From the NCBI GenBank assembly GCA_964016885.1, contig OZ024744.1:124930001-124994000 (forward strand): a stretch of 64,000 nucleotides of DNA, given 5' to 3'. Source of the stretch: Eledone cirrhosa (Eukaryota). The translations under genes were made by a program, and so were the position numbers. The notes under the pieces are model-generated. The model made no database searches, was not told the DNA's origin, and saw only the letters and a program-made list of their open reading frames with translations. Positions 59,918-64,000 of this stretch are shown piece by piece (the first letter of the stretch is position 1; the number at the start of each line of letters is the position of its first letter).

Positions 59918-61564
59918 TCCGCCCACGTGGCGCCAGAAAGGGAGAAGAAAAGAAAAGTTAGACGCCGCCGATCGATCGGTTCGTTGTTTTACGTGTACAC
60001 AGCTTGTGTGTGTGTCTGTATGTGATACAAGCCGCCTATCCGTCTTCCAAGTAAGTTTTGTGTGTAGACTGCGGAAAGAAATCCAATCCGCCGTCTAGGC
60101 GGTTCTGCCGCCGACCCATACTTTTGCGAGTCGCTCCCGGGAAAGACAGGCGGCAAGACGGCGTGTATACACGACGCCTTCCGTCTTCCGCCTCGAACCC
60201 GGGCAAACGTTCCTTTATTCGTCCACGCCTTCCCGCTTCGATCGCGAGAAAGTAATCAATCTGTTTTGTGTGTGTGTCTGTGTGTGATACAAATTTGTTT
60301 TCTTAATTTGATAACCATGAATTGTTTCAACACCGGCCCTTTTAAGGGCCACTTATATTTTCAATAATCAGTTTAAATGGGTTGCACCGTAGCCACTTGG
60401 TAATACACTGCAAATCTCCCGTCAATCTATGAAGGTTTTGTAGTAGATTAGATCAAAACACAATCAGCAAGACAGTAATGGAATGAATAATATAAACATT
60501 TGTTTATAATTAAAGCCTTAAGATGTCCCTCCCTCCCTCCCTTCCTTCCTTCCTTCCTTCCTTCCTTCCTTCCTTACGATATACACTTTAATAACATTGA
60601 AACTTATTTAATAAGTTTAAATTTTAAACACTTTTTATTCAGACGTACCGCGATAAGTAACTAGATATGTTCTAACGAATAATCCGCGATGTGGCGAGGA
60701 TTACCGCGATAGGAAATTAGATACGTTCCAAAGAAATATCCGCGAAAAGTGAACCGCGATATAGCGGGTTCACCAGCCAGTGTATTACTGGTACTTTATT
60801 TTATCGACCCCCATAAGGATGAAAGGCAAAGTTAACTGTGCAATAACAAAGGGAGATAACCTCGTCTTTTTTTTTTTACGGAGTTATTTCCCTTTAAATT
60901 TTATCTATTACTTATGATGATACAATTTAATCAGTTCTTAGCTGTCGAGACACTGCATCCTTTAAAACCTCCATGGAACAAGCTACCTGCAACAGTTGTT
61001 AGCTGTCGAGACACTGCATCTTTTAAAACCTCCATGGAACAAACTACCTGCATCAGTTGTTAGGGTCTGAGTTCAAATCACGCCGAGGAGGTTAACTTTG
61101 CCTTTCATCCTTACGGGGTCGGTCGGAAAACGAACCATTCCCGGTTCGCTTTCGAAGCGGGTTTCCGAAAACAGCGCTTCTCTCGACCGGGCCCGTCGTC
61201 CGCTCGGCGGTGGTTTTCATCGTCCCAGGCACGGCTAACAGGCGGAGACGGGACAAACGCGCGTGTTCCTTTTTTTTATCAGCCGCAGCGCCGTTCGTAT
61301 ATATGCTTAGGTTGTTTTTTTTTTAAATATCCTAAGTTAAGTTGGGGCTAAGTTAAGTTGGGGCTAAGTTAAGTTGAGGTTAAGTTGAGTTGGGGTTAAG
61401 TTAAGTGGGGGTTAAGTTAAGCTGGGGTTAAGTTAAGTTGAGGTTAAGTTAAGTTGGGGTTAAGTCAAGTTGGGGTTAAGTTAAGTTGGGGTTAAGTTAG
61501 GTTGGGGTTAAGTTAGGTTGGGGTTAAGTTAAGTTGGGGTTAAGTTAGGTTGCGGTTAAGTTAC

Positions 61565-64000
61565 ATTCGCCGCCGGACTTCAGCTTCCTCATTTAGCATG
61601 GGCAGTTTTTCGTGAAAATCACACCACACACAGCAAATGTGTGTCCGCACATGTACCAGTAATTACAGATCGATTCCGGTGAAAATTCACTGAAAACGGG
61701 CCATCCGGCCCTGTGCGTCGATCGTGGGCCGGCCGGATGTTGACGGATCGATGTGTAATTAGAAGTACATGTGCGGACACTCATTGGCTGTGCGTGGTAT
61801 GCATTTCAGCAAGATATCTCCGTAACATCAAGAGTTATGGCTGTGGAGGCACACCTAGTCAAACGTAAACAAGGTCTGGAGCGTTTACGCTTCGCGATTT
61901 TGTTTACGTTTGACTAGGTGTGCCTCCACAGCCACAACTCTTGATGTTACGGAGATATCTTGCTGAAATGCATACCGCGCACAGCCAATGAGTGTCCGCA
62001 CATGTACTTCTAATTACACATCGATCCGTCAACATCCGGCCGGCCCACGATCGACGCACAGGGCCGGATGGCCCGTTTTCAGTGAATTTTCACCGGAATC
62101 GATCTGTAATTACTGGTACATGTGCGGAGACACATTTGCTGTGTGTGGTGTGATTTTCAAGAAAAACTGCCCATGCTAAATGAGGAAGCTGAAGTCCGCC
62201 GGCGAATGGTGTGCTTCGAAGAAAACTAATTCGAAAATGACCGTTTGCAGGCGGAGTAACCTTTTCGATCGTGGGCCAGCCGCCCGTGGTGGGATCCATC
62301 TGTAATTACTGGTACATGTGCGGACATACATTTGCTGTGTGTGGTGTGATTTTCAAGAAGAACTGCCCATGCTAAATGAGGAAGCTGAAGTCCGCCGGCG
62401 AATGGTGTGCTTCGAAGAAAACTAATTCGAAAATGACCGTTTGCAGGCGGGGTAACCTTTTCGATCGTGGGCCAGCCGCCCGTGGTGGGATCCATCTGTA
62501 ATTACTGGTACATGTGCGGACACACATTTGCTGTGTGTGGTGTGATTTTCGAGAAAGACTGCCCATGCTAAATGAGGAAGCTGAAGTCCGCCGGCGAATG
62601 GTGTGCTTCGAAGAAAACTAATTCGAAAATGACTATTTGCCGGCGGAATCACCTTTTCGGTCCTGGTCCGGCCGGATCTTGCCGGATCGATCGGAAATTT
62701 GTGGACCATGTTCGGAAGGCCATTGTGCATGTGTGGTGAAAAAAATTTGTGTCGAAATCTTCTCGGAAAATAACGGATCGCCGGCGGAGATTGCCATTTC
62801 GATCGTGGGCCGGCCGGATCTTGTCGGATCGATTCGGACATATGTGCATCGTGTTCGCAAGGCCCTTGTCTATGTGTGGTGTGATTTTCATAAAGAAATT
62901 CCGAAAAACCCAGTTTTAAATCTGATTTCGCCAAAGAATTTTGGCTATCAGATCGGGTTGAAAGGTATGGTTTCAGGTCGATCTGAAAGTCTAAAATGGA
63001 ATTCACTCGGTTAGCTAACTTTTGATATATCGGAGATATCTTTCTGAAAATCACACCACACACTCCCAATGAGTGTCTGCAAATGTACCAGTAATTACAG
63101 ATGGATCCCACCACGGGCGGCCGGCCCACGATCGAAAAGGTTACTCCGAAGCACACCATTCGCCGGCGGAATTCATTTACCATGGGCAGTTTTTCTCGAA
63201 AATCACACCACACACAGCCAATGAGTGTCCGCACATGTACCAGTAATTACAGATGGATCCCACCACGGGCGGCTGGCCCACGATCGAAAAGGTTACTCCG
63301 CCTGCAAACGGTCATTTCGAATTCGTTTTCTTCGAAGCACACGATTCGCCGGCGGACTTCAGCTGCCTCATTTAGCATGGGCAGTTTTTCTCGAAAATCA
63401 CACCACACACAGCAAATGTGTGTCCGCACATGTACCAGTAATTACAGATCGATTCCGGTGAAAATTCACTGAAAACGGGCCATTCGGCCCTGTGCGTCGA
63501 TCGTGGGCCGGCCGGATGTTGACGGATCGATGTGTAATTAGAAGTACATGTGCGAACACTCATTGGCTGTGCGTGGTATGCATTTCAGCAAGATATCTCC
63601 GTAACATCAAGAGTTATGGCTGTGGAGGCACACCTAGTCAAACGTAAACAAGCTCTGGAGCGTATACGCTTCGCGATTTTGTTTACGTTTGACTAGGTGT
63701 GCCTCCACAGCCACAACTCTTGATGTTACGGAGATATCTTGCTGAAATGCATACCACGCACAGCCAATGAGTGTCCGCACATGTACTTCTAATTACACAT
63801 CGATCCGTCAACATCCGGCCGGCCCACGATCGACGCACAGGGCCGGATGGCCCGTTTGCAGTGAATTTTCACCGGAATCGATCTGTAATTACTGGTACAT
63901 GTGCGGACACACATTTGCTGTGTGTGGTGTGATTTTCACGAAAAACTGCCCATGCTAAATGAGGAAGCTGAAGTCCGCCGGCGAATGGTGTGCTTCGAAG
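61565..64000. repeat. Palindromic satellite array, copy 2 (runs off the window)
   Basis: Symmetry centres near 61886 and 63665. Confidence 0.95.

Overview
Repeat-dominated animal genomic DNA with no intact host protein-coding gene that I can support. The microsatellites, SINE cores and TTAGGG-type repeats suggest a mollusc, probably an octopus-like cephalopod; this is inference. The window holds two near-identical tandem copies of a ~32.2-kb unit (copy 1 = 1-32205; copy 2 = 32206 to beyond 64000). Each unit carries a hollowed-out rDNA-like cassette: telomere-like CCCTAA repeats, 172-bp GC-rich repeats with TATAGG, an ETS-like segment, the 18S 5' end and the 28S 3' end. The interior of the cassette is replaced by a tandem array built from short, reordered, highly conserved 18S/28S segments. 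Each unit also carries an array of ~1-kb palindromes (1584-bp period) that ends in a Helitron-type 3' terminus in copy 1, plus decayed RTE, CRE and R4/Dong LINE fragments, SINE cores, MITEs and mini/microsatellites. Copy 2 alone has two young microsatellite-embedded retrotransposon insertions. One is a CR1-type LINE with an open 921-codon APE-RT ORF2 and an in-phase G_GGA_AAC slippery heptamer at the apparent ORF1/ORF2 junction. The other is a 5'-truncated Tx1-like element in (TATC)n. Family assignments come from motif recognition by eye, not database searches, and many boundaries are approximate.
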